A DNA stretch of 64,000 nt from Octopus sinensis. Its lineage: Eukaryota. Under the pieces are notes generated by a model that did not search any database, was not told the origin of the DNA, and was given only the letters and a program-made list of their open reading frames with translations. The stretch lies in the NCBI RefSeq assembly GCF_006345805.1, contig NC_043003.1, forward strand, positions 62,496,001 through 62,560,000, in the 5' to 3' direction. The stretch's first letter is position 1. Every line of letters starts with the position of its first letter. Both the position numbers and the translations under genes were made by a program. Of this stretch, positions 29,059-40,389 are shown piece after piece.

Positions 29059-29122
29059 GGGTAATGAGTGTATATGCCATATTTTGGGGGTTGCTTCCCC
29101 TTCATCAGCACTCATCTAACCC
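29059..29122 (-). ncRNA. Type I hammerhead ribozyme fold (G12>A, probably inactivated)
   Basis: Minus strand reads GGGT-TAG-ATGAGTG CTGATGA A GGGG-AAGCAA-CCCC C AAAA TAT-GGC-ATA T A CACTCAT-T-ACCC. Stem I is 7 bp plus a 3x1 loop plus 4 bp; the CUGAUGA core, stem II, stem III and an AUA cleavage triplet are present. GAAA reads AAAA, consistent with CpG decay. Confidence 0.7.
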
Positions 29123-31552
29123 ATTCTGACCTCCAAACACATTGCTTATATACCCACCACAAACAGCGGTGTTAAGTTATTGGATATACCAATTTACATA
29201 TTAGACGCATTCCTGGAGCTGGTACATAAAGACTAATGATCTATAGGTACATGGTACTTCATTATGCAACCATAATCTATTTTGTATACTTCCAAGCTAT
29301 AATTAAAGTTATATAATTTGGTTGACTTATGTTAAATTTAAACTGGTACTCTTTCGTTTACGATGACAAATGTTCTATTTGATCCAATCAACGGAACACT
29401 CTGCTCATGATATTGATGTGCAAGTGGCTGAGCATTCCATAGTCACATGTACCCTTAACATAGTTCTCAGGGAAATTCAGCGTGACACTTACTGTCACAA
29501 GGTTGGCCATTTCAAATAAAGGCACAACTCATTTTTGCCAGCTGAGTGAAATTAAGTGTCTTGCTCAAGGACACCACATGCTGCCAGGAATTGAACTCAA
29601 GATCTTACGATTGTGAGCCAAATACTCTAACCACTAAGCCACATACTTTCACTTATTAACTTTAAGGTACATAAACTGTTAATTTACATAAGATATTCTC
29701 TAATAAACTAGAAGATTTGCGTAATTACTTACCATTTATTTTTATTTTCTTAAACTTCAGTTTTCTCAAAAACACTATTTTTCTTTATTGAGTCCTTCAT
29801 TTTATTATCATTTTTATGAATTATTTGTTTCAGTCATTGGACAATCAAACAAAACATCCCCAGTACTTATTTCTTTTTAAAGTCTGATACTATTCTATTG
29901 GTCTTTTTCACCACACTGCTAAGTTACAGGATGTAAACAGACCAAAATCAGTTATTAAATGGTGAGGTTGGGGACAAACACATAGATGTGATCACACACA
30001 CACACGTGCACGTATGTATGTGTATATATATGTATGTATGTATGTGTGTGCGTATAAACTGTGCATGTATTCATACGTGATGGTCTTCCACACAGTTTCT
30101 GTCTCACAAAATTCACTCACAAGGCATTTAATGGTCTGGGGCTATAGTACAAGACACTTGCCCAAGATACCATGCATTGAGACTGAATCCAAACTACATA
30201 TTGTGAAGCGAGCTTCTTAGCCACACAGCATCATTTTCTTTGTAACAATTTTTTCTTTTAATAATTTCAAATTTAATTGCTGATCATAATTTAGAATATT
30301 TATTTCCCACGTTGGTGCTACATAAAAAGCACTGGTGCTGGACTGGTGCTGGTGTTATATAAAACACTAGTGCTGGTGCTACGTATAAAGCACTGGTGTT
30401 GGTTCCACATAAAAAGCAACTGGTACACTCTTTGAAGTGGTTGGCATTAAGGTCATCCAGCTGTAGTAACCATGCCACAACAGACAACTGGGGTCTGTTG
30501 TAGCTCCCAGGCTTGCAAGCTCCTGTCAGACCATCCCACCTATGCCAGCATGGTAGAAACAGATGTTAGATGAAGATGATACATTCATGATATAGACTAA
30601 TTCAGTTAACATCTATATAAGACCTTTTTTTTTATATATATGCCCAAAGAATGCTTTCACATCATTATCAAGATCTTCATTCTTATCATTTACATCATTG
30701 TCACTGATATTTTTCACTTAATCTTTTAATACTTTTAATGTTCAAACTGTCTATAAGCCAGATGTTCTGCTACTATGTACCTGTATGTGATTATCTAATT
30801 AACTAGTAACTTTACAATTCATAAAAGTCTTCAGATTTAATTTATGATAGCAGCAAACATTTTATTAGATACAATGATAGGTTAATTTTTTTTTAACTAA
30901 TTAACACAATTAAAGCAGTCAACTTATTCCAACAAAGTTATCTAATTGAATTTTTATGCTTTATTTATTAATTTTTAATAATAAGTAAATTAAAATTGTT
31001 AGCAGTCATAATGTTATAAGTTTCTAATATTACACAATAAACACAAGAGTGGCTGCATTAAGAAATTTGTTTCCCAACCACATGGTTGCAGGTACAGTCT
31101 ATCTGCATGGCACCTTGAGCAAGTGTTTTTATTGTAACTCTGGCCCAACCAATGCCTTGTAGTTGATTTTGTAGACAAACTGAATTAAGCCCATCATATA
31201 TATATATATAAATTTTAGTCAGTAGATTGTAAATTTATTTATAAGTGTTTTACTTTGTCATGGTTTTATATTTTAATTAAAATATTAAATTGCAATATAT
31301 ATATTTATGTATGTATGTATGTATATATATATGTATATGTATATTAGAAGGTTTGGAGATGATGTACAGGTATTATATATTAGAAGAAATGAGGTACTCA
31401 GAAATTTGGATGGTTTTATATTTACAGATATCTGTTAGTATGTTACATGCTTTTATGTATCATATATCATATATTAGTGCTTTTTTCCATTCTAGTGGAG
31501 TCTTCAAATTGAACTGTATGTATGAATAAATATATGCATATGTATGTATATG

Positions 31553-31610
<58 letters not shown>

Positions 31611-31724
31611 TATCTTAGGGTAACAAGAATATTCATAGAAAAATTCTAGCGAGAAAGAAAAATTTAGTCAATAGACTATATATTATTCAGAGAAGAATAC
31701 AGTGTACGTTCAAACACAAAAGAG

Positions 31725-31931
31725 ATACCCGAAGAATAGGATATCTGACTCACTAGAAAGAGCAGTTAAAACTCTAAGCCACCAATTGTTGTAATTCCAA
31801 AAGTGATTGGAAAATAAATAGGATTAAGGTAAAAGTTTTTACTTTCCAATCACTTTCGGAATTACAACAAATGGTGGCTTAGAGTTTTAACTGCTCTTTC
31901 TAGTGAGTCAGATATCCTATTCTTCGGGTAT
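31725..31931. repeat. 88-bp inverted repeat (2 mismatches, 31-nt spacer)
   Basis: Arms 31725-31812 and 31844-31931. Confidence 0.9.
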
Positions 31932-31955
31932 ATATATATATATACATACATACAT

Positions 31956-32003
<48 letters not shown>

Positions 32004-32024
32004 TTATCCCTCCCCTCCCACATC

Positions 32025-32600
32025 CATGACACAAAGCATGCTCTCCATCTCCTCAACTCTTTCTCCTTCCCTCCTGGCCCCTCTAAGCATCTCTTCACTC
32101 TTGCATCAAGTGTCTATATACAGTGATCCCACACAAAGAAGGGCTTCTTGCACTCAAACACTTCGTAGACCTTTGACCCAACCTCCAACCTGACACCTCC
32201 ACACTTCTTCATCTGGCCGAACTTGTTCACTCCCTCAACTGCTTCTTGTTCGTGGGAGATTTTTACCTATGGATCTTAGGAGTGGCCATGGAAACGAGAG
32301 TGGGCCCCCATCTATGTGAACCTGTTCCTTGGTTATATTGAGGCCCAAATATTCTCACGATTCAGTAGTCCCACTCCCAATCTATACGGTCATTATATTG
32401 ATGACTGTATTAGTGCGACCTCACTCTCCCCTGAGCAACTAGACTCCTTCCTCTCTTTTATCCAATCTTTCCATCCTGCACTATTTCTAACACCTCTATC
32501 GCATTTTTCAACATTTCGGTCAACATACACCACTCTGCTCTCACAACCTCCATCCACTACAAACACATCAACTCATACTCATACCTTAACTTCTCTTCCT
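32025..32600 (+). mobile_element. Penelope-like element RT fragment
   Basis: SLYTVIPHKEGLLALKHF...LHLAELVHSLNCFLF...GVAMETRVGP..NLFLGYIEAQIF...LYGHYIDDC (YIDD at 32394-32405); degenerate. Confidence 0.9.
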
Positions 32601-32669
32601 CTCACCCTACACACACCACCTGTCTTCATCTTTTGTTGTTTTTTTCGTAAACTCTCCCTGTATGTATAT

Positions 32670-32714
<45 letters not shown>

Positions 32715-32889
32715 GCATATACATATATATATGTATATATATGTATATAGGTATCAAGTTAGAGGGGTTTAATACCTCTAAAGGATAACTAAATCCAGAG
32801 TCACTCCTGGCTATTAGCTGGGTAGGTACAGTCTTTTGTAAAGTTGTATGGTAGCAAGTGGTTCGGTTGGTAAACCGGAATTTAGGTTA

Positions 32890-33048
32890 TATAAGAGAAG
32901 AAAATGGATGTAATGACCATGGGAAACTCATGGTTTATGCTGGTATGTCTTTAATTAAATAGGTAACACACCCACACATTAAATTAAAGACATACCCACG
33001 TAAACCATGAGTTTTCCATTGTTATTATATCCATTTTCTTCTTTTATA
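32890..33048. repeat. 67-bp imperfect inverted repeat
   Basis: Arms 32890-32956 and 32982-33048. Confidence 0.85.
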
Positions 33049-33463
33049 CATATATATGTGTGTGTGTGTATGTATATATTTATGTGTGTGGTGGTGTGTA
33101 ACTGTTTCTTTGCTTTGATATCATGGGATAATTGTTAACAGGTATTACCATAATGCAAGCAGTGTCCTTTATTTCCATTAATATTACCTTGCTTGGAAAC
33201 AATTTAGTGATAGGAAGGGCATCTGGCCTTAGAAAATCTGCTTCAGCAAATTCTGTCCCATCTACGCAAGAATGGAAAAGTGGGCATCAAGATGAAGAAG
33301 AAGAATGTGGTGGTGGTGGTGATGATGATTAACTCATTGATATTAATACTTTTTATGTCTACACTATCAATTCTGGAACCATTTTAATCCTTATTTTGTG
33401 TGCCATTTGATATGATTCTGCTTCAGAGTTCTGCCTATTGCAAAACCATAGTATACTGACACT

Positions 33464-33722
33464 CAGAGGTTCTCAACCATTGTTTTGCCTGTGGGTCCTA
33501 TTGCTTCATATTTCACTTGGGTGGACACCCATAGCTATTTGATGCTTAAAAAAAGCCCTCATATATTTTTAAAATAAAATGTTATGAACAACTGCATAAA
33601 AAAAAGTTGTAAAAATATTCTATGTAGTGTACAAGTAGAAGCAATGTATTGCACATAAATTTTGACAACCAAATCTTTTGTGGACCGCTAAGGTTCATAT
33701 GGACCCTAGTTGAGATTCACTG
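33464..33722. mobile_element. hAT-type MITE (same family as 11035)
   Basis: TIR-like ends cagaggttctcaacc / agttgagattcactg; the internal sequence is related to the reverse complement of 11035-11224. Confidence 0.7.
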
Positions 33723-33821
33723 GTTTAAATTATGGATAAATGAATTTAGTTATACTTCTGTTTTTAATGATGGATTAGCTGTGATTGAGCACTAAATATG
33801 AATACATATTTTAACCTTTAG

Positions 33822-33992
33822 CACACTGTGGGTGCATCATGTCAACATATGATCCAGAAACATATGTCCACAACTGTCCTATCTCCAGATGACAGACCTG
33901 ACCCTTTCCTTAATGGCATGTCAGCTTTGGAGAAATTCTTGAATCTTGATTCTTCTCCTTCTCAAGTGGAGCAGGCCTTAATTGCCATTTGA
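33822..33992 (+). CDS. Candidate exon HTVGASCQHMIQKHMSTTVLSPDDRPDPFLNGMSALEKFLNLDSSPSQVEQALIAI*
   Basis: Acceptor ttttaacctttag followed by 56 open codons. Phase 0 fits the 27390 donor. No convincing donor before the TGA. Confidence 0.3.
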   Translation, partial: HTVGASCQHMIQKHMSTTVLSPDDRPDPFLNGMSALEKFLNLDSSPSQVEQALIAI

Positions 33993-34498
33993 TAATTATG
34001 GTACATCCTTTGGATTTATGTTGTATGGTATTTGATATACCTGTATTTGTCTATGTCTTTCAAATACATGTCACTGGCTGATCTGAGCTCCTTTTTGTTT
34101 AAATGATAAAAATTTGATAGTTCAGCAGCACTAACTTACTGTTCTTTTGTTATTTGTCACCATATCATAATAATGTATCTAATGTTACAGCCCTTCCTTT
34201 GCTTTGTTCACACTGTTATATTAAATCTAATTGAAGGAAATCAATTCTTCCATTGAAACATGGCAGTAGTAACATGAGATGAGAATAAAAACAACGGGTA
34301 TGCACAGGATTGTAATAAACCCAGACTGAGAAAGCAATTAATGTAGGATGTTAGTAAAATAAAGAGACATGTGAAAATTAGATAAATGTTAAAGATATAT
34401 GTTCAGTAGATACATGTGTATGTGTGTGTGCATATATATATATATATATACAGACACACACGTGCACACACACACACAGAGGTGCACATGCACACACA

Positions 34499-34838
34499 CG
34501 TAGTGAGTCAAGGAAGTGCTATTTAGTTGTCGCGTTTTAGGACAGTGGTGCTACAACAACTTCAGCCAATTAAAGCTGGCTGTGAATTAATACAGACAGC
34601 AGCTCCAGCCCAACAGTATTTTGTGCCTTTTTTCATTAGCTAGCTATAAATACAGCATCATCTGTCCAGAAAAGAGGAGATCCTGTTCCAGTCAATGAGC
34701 CAACAGTTAGCAGAAGACTTCGACTAGAGTACAGCTATGTCTAGCGGGACTTGGGAAGGACGCTACTCCTGACAGTGTACTTCAACATGAACAGCTGTAT
34801 TATTTCACTGACTTAATGTCGTAAACTTCGGTATTATA
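34499..34838 (+). mobile_element. Second, diverged and 3'-truncated LTR-like unit directly upstream
   Basis: Same 18-nt start cgtagtgagtcaaggaag, agccaat and tataaat at similar offsets; lacks the terminal repeat. Confidence 0.5.
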
Positions 34839-35171
34839 CGTAGTGAGTCAAGGAAGCCATAATTTGTTGTTGCGGATTGGCACGGTTGTGCTTTGGCAAC
34901 TGTAGCCAATCAGAGCCGGTCGTGTACCTATAAAAGCAGCAGTCATCAGCCCAGCAGGAGCATTCCTTTTTACAGACAGTCAGCAAAAGACCTCAATGCC
35001 ACAACCATCAGTGAACAGATCTCCACAACCGACAGTGGACAGATCTTAACATTTCACACCAGCCTTCATACCACCAGATATTGCCTGTTTGTATTTCTTA
35101 CATCCTTGGCACCACAAACTTCTAACTTATTTGTGTAATAGTAAGTCCAATGGCATTCCTTGACTCCTACA
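34839..35171 (+). mobile_element. Solo-LTR-like element
   Basis: Terminal inverted repeats cgtagtgagtcaaggaa / ttccttgactcctaca, internal CCAAT (agccaatc) and TATA (tataaaa), flanks ttata / ttcta (4/5 TSD). Confidence 0.6.
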
Positions 35172-35599
35172 TTCTAGAATTATCTACTCTCATTGCAACC
35201 CAAATAAATGATGATGATTGTTCTAATATAGCCTTCTGATGTATTTTCTCAATGCCCCACAGATGCAATGGTTTCGTTGACTTTTCATACTCTGTATTTA
35301 TTTGGTAAAATTGGCAACACTTTACTCGAGTTACATTCTTACATAGCTATATTTGAACGCAGAAACGAATCTGTTATGTGTGTGTGTGTGTGTAAATATA
35401 AATAAGAAATGGAAAACAAAACAATAAATTGAACAATTATAGATTCAATTCAATTTAAATATTTTATACAAACAAATAACACATCTCATAAATTACAGCT
35501 ATTTCTGCTTAATTAATATATATATATATATATATACATTATTATATATATATACAAATCTATATAAATGTGTGTGTGTGTGTACATATACTTTATCTT

Positions 35600-36390
35600 A
35601 GCTTCAAAAGTAATAATTTATAGAGGAGCACATTCACATCTGGAGTAAGCTTGCTAACATCAGATGAGTCCAGTTTGGGGAAAGGACTGCAGATGTTGCA
35701 TGGGAAGGTGGGTTGGTCAAGATTGGTTGTAGTGTCTTTGTTTTTCCTGCTTTTTCTCTCATTTGTGAGGATAGGGCTGCAGGTGTCTTCAAAGGAGGCT
35801 AGTGGATAGTGGACATTGAGATGCCAGGCTTTGATCAGCAGCCAGAACAGACCTCTAGTGGTGATCAGTATGGCAGTTGCCAAGGGATTTGTTTAAGGAA
35901 TCCTTGTACTTCTACTTTGATGTCTCTCTTACAATGGTGACCAAAGGAGAGTTTTCCAGACAGCATGATCTTGGGAAGTCAATGATTCTCCATTCTGGCA
36001 ATGTATTCTTCCCAGCTTAGATATGTCTTCAGCAGAGTTGCTTCAATGCTGGTAATTTTCATCTGCTCCAGGATGTCAGCATTAATACAAAAGTCACTCC
36101 AGTGGATGCTGAAGATGATGCAAATGCAGCACTGATGGAATCACTTATGGAATTGTAGATGACGCTGACCCATAACTGAGTCATACAAGAGGATGGTCAG
36201 AATGACAGCTCTGTACACACTGATCTTGGTCCTTTTCTTCAGATGATTATTGTTCCTGACAATTTTGTATAGCTTGCCAAAGCCAGTTTGTCTTGGCCAA
36301 TCTGTTGTCAACTTCCTTGTTGGTTTTGACATTTGATGAGATGGCATACACTGGACAGGTGAACTAGTTGACTGTCTTTAGCTCAGTCAC
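35600..36390 (-). mobile_element. BovB-like RTE LINE fragment (post-RT region and C-terminus)
   Basis: FGKLYKIVRNNNHLKKRTKISVYRAVILTILLYDS and ...RKNKDTTTNLDQPTFPCNIC, typical of RTE/BovB ORF2. Confidence 0.85.
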
Positions 36391-36930
36391 CCTGAGTTAT
36401 GTTAGGAAAGTGGCATTCCTGCTGTGGGGTAGGTTGATGGAGAACTTTCAGTTTCTTTAAACTAATTTCTAGGTAGAAGTACTGGGTAGCTCTGCAAAGC
36501 AAGAAGTGATGTATTGCAAGGCTGTTTCTGTTGGGGAAACAAAGGCAACCCTGTGGAACGTTACTCACTAATGGGTTGTTCCCTTGTTTTGGTGTAAGTT
36601 GTTGGGGGCAGAGCAAGTTATCACAGGGTTTCTACTGTCATCACTACTCTATGATGATGATGAAGCGAGAAAATCTGACAGTTCCAACCATGAGGGAATT
36701 ACCTTGCACTCCATTGTATCTATGTAAATATCCTTGCCAGAGTTCTCCTCAACTATCTAATACTCATCATTGCAGAATAAAACCTCTCATAATTCCTGTA
36801 TGGCTTCAGTATAGTTTAGAATGAATGTTGCTCTAATTTAGCCCCAGGAGACATTGTCTCCAGCTGGCTATATGATATGATCTACGTCCTCATATTTTCG
36901 AAAAAGGGAATCTAGCACCCCCACACAGCT

Positions 36931-36996
36931 CAAAACAATATCTGTGTATTGCTATTTCTGGATTATTTCCCTTCATCAGCACAGAATAATTGTTTG
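36931..36996 (-). ncRNA. Type I hammerhead ribozyme fold, minimal stem III
   Basis: Minus strand reads CAAACAAT-TAT-TCTGTG CTGATGA A GGGAAATAATCCA GAAA T-AGCA-A T A CACAGA-T-ATTGTTTTG. CUGAUGA and GAAA are intact; stem I is 6 bp plus a 3x1 loop plus 7 bp; AUA triplet; one mismatch at the base of stem II. Confidence 0.7.
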
Positions 36997-37071
36997 GCTA
37001 GTGGTGGCGCTGCCAAATTCCCATTCGAAATACATAGTTTTCAAAATGACAACTAGTCACTGATCTATAAA

Positions 37072-37213
37072 TTAGGAAATTACTATTTGTAAATCTCACA
37101 GCAAGAGATATTCAGTAACAGAACTGCCACTTTATGTTGGCAAATAATCTTTATTCCAAAGTATTGATGCTGAATATCTCTTGTTGTGAGATATACAAAT
37201 AGTAATTTTCTAA
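37072..37213. repeat. 44-bp inverted repeat (3 mismatches)
   Basis: Arms 37072-37115 and 37170-37213. Confidence 0.85.
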
Positions 37214-37224
37214 AATACGGTGTC

Positions 37225-37650
37225 TCTAAAACCCAGGAAGATATGGAATGAAATACTGATGAACGACCTCAGGATGCTGAACCTTTCAGGCAAGAGGACA
37301 AAAGATCAAGATATTTAGCACCTTGCTGTACTCAAGAAGGTCCATACTCTGGAGCAGAAGTGTTAAGACAGTTCCTTCTGGTGGTGTAAAGCACTCGTGA
37401 CAGTGCCATGTAAAAGTGCCTCTGTGGTGCCACACAAAAGTACCTGTACAGCATACCATGTAAAAGCACCCAGCACACTCTGTAAAGTGGTTGGCATCAG
37501 GAAGGACAGCCAGCTGTAGAAACCATGCCAGACCGGACGGGAGTCCGGTGCAGCTCCCCAGCTTGTCAGCTCTGGTCAAACCATCCAACTCATGCCAACA
37601 TGGACAATGGATGTTAAACGATGATGATGATGATGATGATGGTGGTGGTG
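37225..37650 (+). mobile_element. RTE LINE 3' end
   Basis: KPRKIWNEILMNDLRMLNL followed by the same 3'UTR and (GAT)n tail. Confidence 0.8.
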
Positions 37651-38785
37651 CCTGCTGTCAGGAATGTGTTTGATATGTAAAACTGGGAAGTCCAATAATG
37701 TTACACTGCTATATTTAGTAACTATTTAATCAAAGAGGTCATGGATGGTTAAATGATTTGGATGTGGTGCTGAAGACAGAGCAAGAACTCCTAAAATATG
37801 TATATACATCTCTTACCTAGTTTTCTATCTTTGATCCCATTGTTTACTTTAGACATATTTAGATTCAAAACATCATAAGAAATCAGTGGTGACTATAATT
37901 TCTACATCGGTGACTAAGGGTTCATTTAACCTACCAGAATGGGTTGCACTCATTTGTAGTGACAAAGTCAACCAATCCGGTAGATGGATAATTCTAACAG
38001 AAATTCCTGAAATATATTGTTCGTTGTGTTTGTTGTGTTGAGTTTATGGCAAACATTTGCACCAACCTTCTGATCCACTGCAAGCCTTCACCACTAAAAG
38101 CAAATTATCTGTGTGGGTAGTCTAACAGCTATAATATTGACTATTAGACTATCATACATTGAAGCCAACCTCCCCTCAGGATCATAGTCCTATGAACTGC
38201 ATGGCAACCACAAAAGTGCAAGTGGCACAATAATATCACCCAGTCTACATTGTAAGGGGGTAGATGTTAGGAAGAGCATGCAGCATGTAAAATCCATGCC
38301 AAAGCAGACATTGGAGCTCGATGCAGTCTTTGGATACATCAGGTCCTGCCAACCCATCCAATCCATGCCAGCATGGAACATGGACATTAAATGATGATGC
38401 CTGTGTGTGTGTGTGTGTATGTGCACGCATGCGTGCACGTGCTGAAGTTCAGCTATAGATAATGTATTTGCTGGACTGACGTTTGCAAACAGAAAATGAT
38501 TTTCATATTTATATTTCTATGCATAGAAAATGTGAAATATTGGTGGAAAACAAAGCATGGAAACAACTATTATTCTAGAATTCAAAATCAGATACACTTT
38601 CAGTTGAATGGTCAGAATGTATAAGTGTCTAGTTGTAATTCTTTGGGTTTTGTTTTTTTCTTTTCATGAATTGGAAAGAAGTAAAATTTTCTTCCAGACA
38701 GACAAAAAAGTAAATGGAAAAAAAGCAACCAAAAAAAAAACAAAAACAAAAAGCTTGATAGTCCAATGTACTAACTGAACTACAG

Positions 38786-38955
38786 CTGAACACGGGAACT
38801 ATGTCTTCTGTAGTGAACTTAACAATCAGAATCTACCAAACATGCTAAAATCCTATAAGCAGAGTATTAAGCACAGACTTATTAAACCTGAAAATCCCCT
38901 TCCTAGCTCTACTAAAAACACTAACAGCATTAAGAAGTTTGAAGAAGTTCAATAA
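38786..38955 (+). CDS. Candidate exon (A)EHGNYVFCSELNNQNLPNMLKSYKQ...
   Basis: tactaac branch-like motif and tacag acceptor, then 55 open codons in A-rich DNA; possible internal donor CAGA|gtatta. Confidence 0.3.
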
Positions 38956-39439
38956 CTTAGATATTTGGAAATATTCCTGGTTAGATTTGTTTCATTTCCT
39001 TAATGGCATTGAAAGGGTTACGGTACATGAGACACACCTTCCTCTCTCTGTGTTTTTAATTTTATTTCTTTTTAGTCATTGTATCCATGGAATAAGAAAT
39101 CCCTTCAATAAAAAGAACAATTGAAGCAACTCTTCATTATATTTTTAACTCAGGATTTTATGAATCAATAGTAAAGAAAAAAAGTTCAAAGGGATTTCAA
39201 TAAGCGGTTATAAAACTATATTATTAGATGCTCATGAGCAACAATCCTTCAAGCAATGTTTGTTTGGAAGATTAAATATCTGGATACTCTTCAATTAATA
39301 TTTGCTTTCAATTTAGATAAAAGGCTATTGAGAAAACTCTGTATATGGAAATGAAGAAAAACTTCTAATATGGATTGAGTACTTTTCACTTGTAGCTATC
39401 TTATTATCAATGGGCTTCATTTTTTCCCCTCTTTGTCAG

Positions 39440-39540
39440 ATCTTGTTATAAATAATATCATCAATTTATTTCATGCTTCTTTGTTTATCAATGAAGTACT
39501 TTGTTTTTCAAAGCTGATATTTGCATATGAACTGAAAGTT
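39440..39540 (+). CDS. Candidate exon xLVINNIINLFHASLFINEVLCFSKLIFAYELKV
   Basis: Strong acceptor ttttttcccctctttgtcag, perfect donor GTT|gtaagt; 101 nt, phase 1-0, open. Confidence 0.45.
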
Positions 39541-39784
39541 GTAAGTTCAGAAGTAACAAAACAGTTGAAAGCAAAATAAGATTGAACATTGACAAAATTC
39601 TTTGTCTTGTTAAAGTTACAGGCACACTAAGACGGTTTAGACAGAAAAGGAACTATGGTAATAATAGGAGTTGTATAGTAATAGTGTAGGTATATGGTAA
39701 TAGTTGTAGTTGTAGCAATTTAAAATAAATCTATATATGAAATTACATTTTTCAAAATAGGAAGTTTGATGAATGAAACTTTGA

Positions 39785-40389
39785 TGTTATACTGTGAATT
39801 TATGCCAGTTTAATCAAAGGAGTTGTAAGATTACTCATCATTATATTAGATCCTTGCTTCAATTTTAATCATAGTGTTGCCCTATAAGATTAAAAATAAG
39901 GGAGGCAGCTAGTCAGCTCTGGTTGCTGGAACTGAAACAAAGACGACATTGTTGGAATGTAGGTTTAGAGAGGGCACCGGCCAAAACTATGCATCCTTCC
40001 CCTTCACTGGTAAGTTGAAGCTTAGATAGTGTCATGTAGGAGTTAGCTGGTGCAGGCTGCTGGAGCCTACCAGTGAGTATTTAATGGGAAATTTAGCAGG
40101 ATGGTCATTCGCCTGCTGACATTTGTTGAAGCTGCATCAAAGAAACCAAAGAACAAAAGGCCAAAGGAAAAAAGGAGAAAGAAAATAATGCACTCAATAC
40201 CAGAGCTAAAGACACCTTTAAAGGGTGGGACCCCGCCACACTGAAAACGGTAGAGGAGTAGGGGCTGAAACCGGACATGGTTCCTCCTGATGATGACTTT
40301 AGCCACTGGATCCTATAAAGGAGCTGTTGAGGTAGTGAACCGCGAAACTTGGTTGGAATTCCTCTAATGTACTCCCATTTCATATAACA
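39785..40389. mobile_element. Possible solo LTR
   Basis: GC-richer 605-bp island with TGTTATA...TATAACA ends; no TSD found. Confidence 0.35.
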
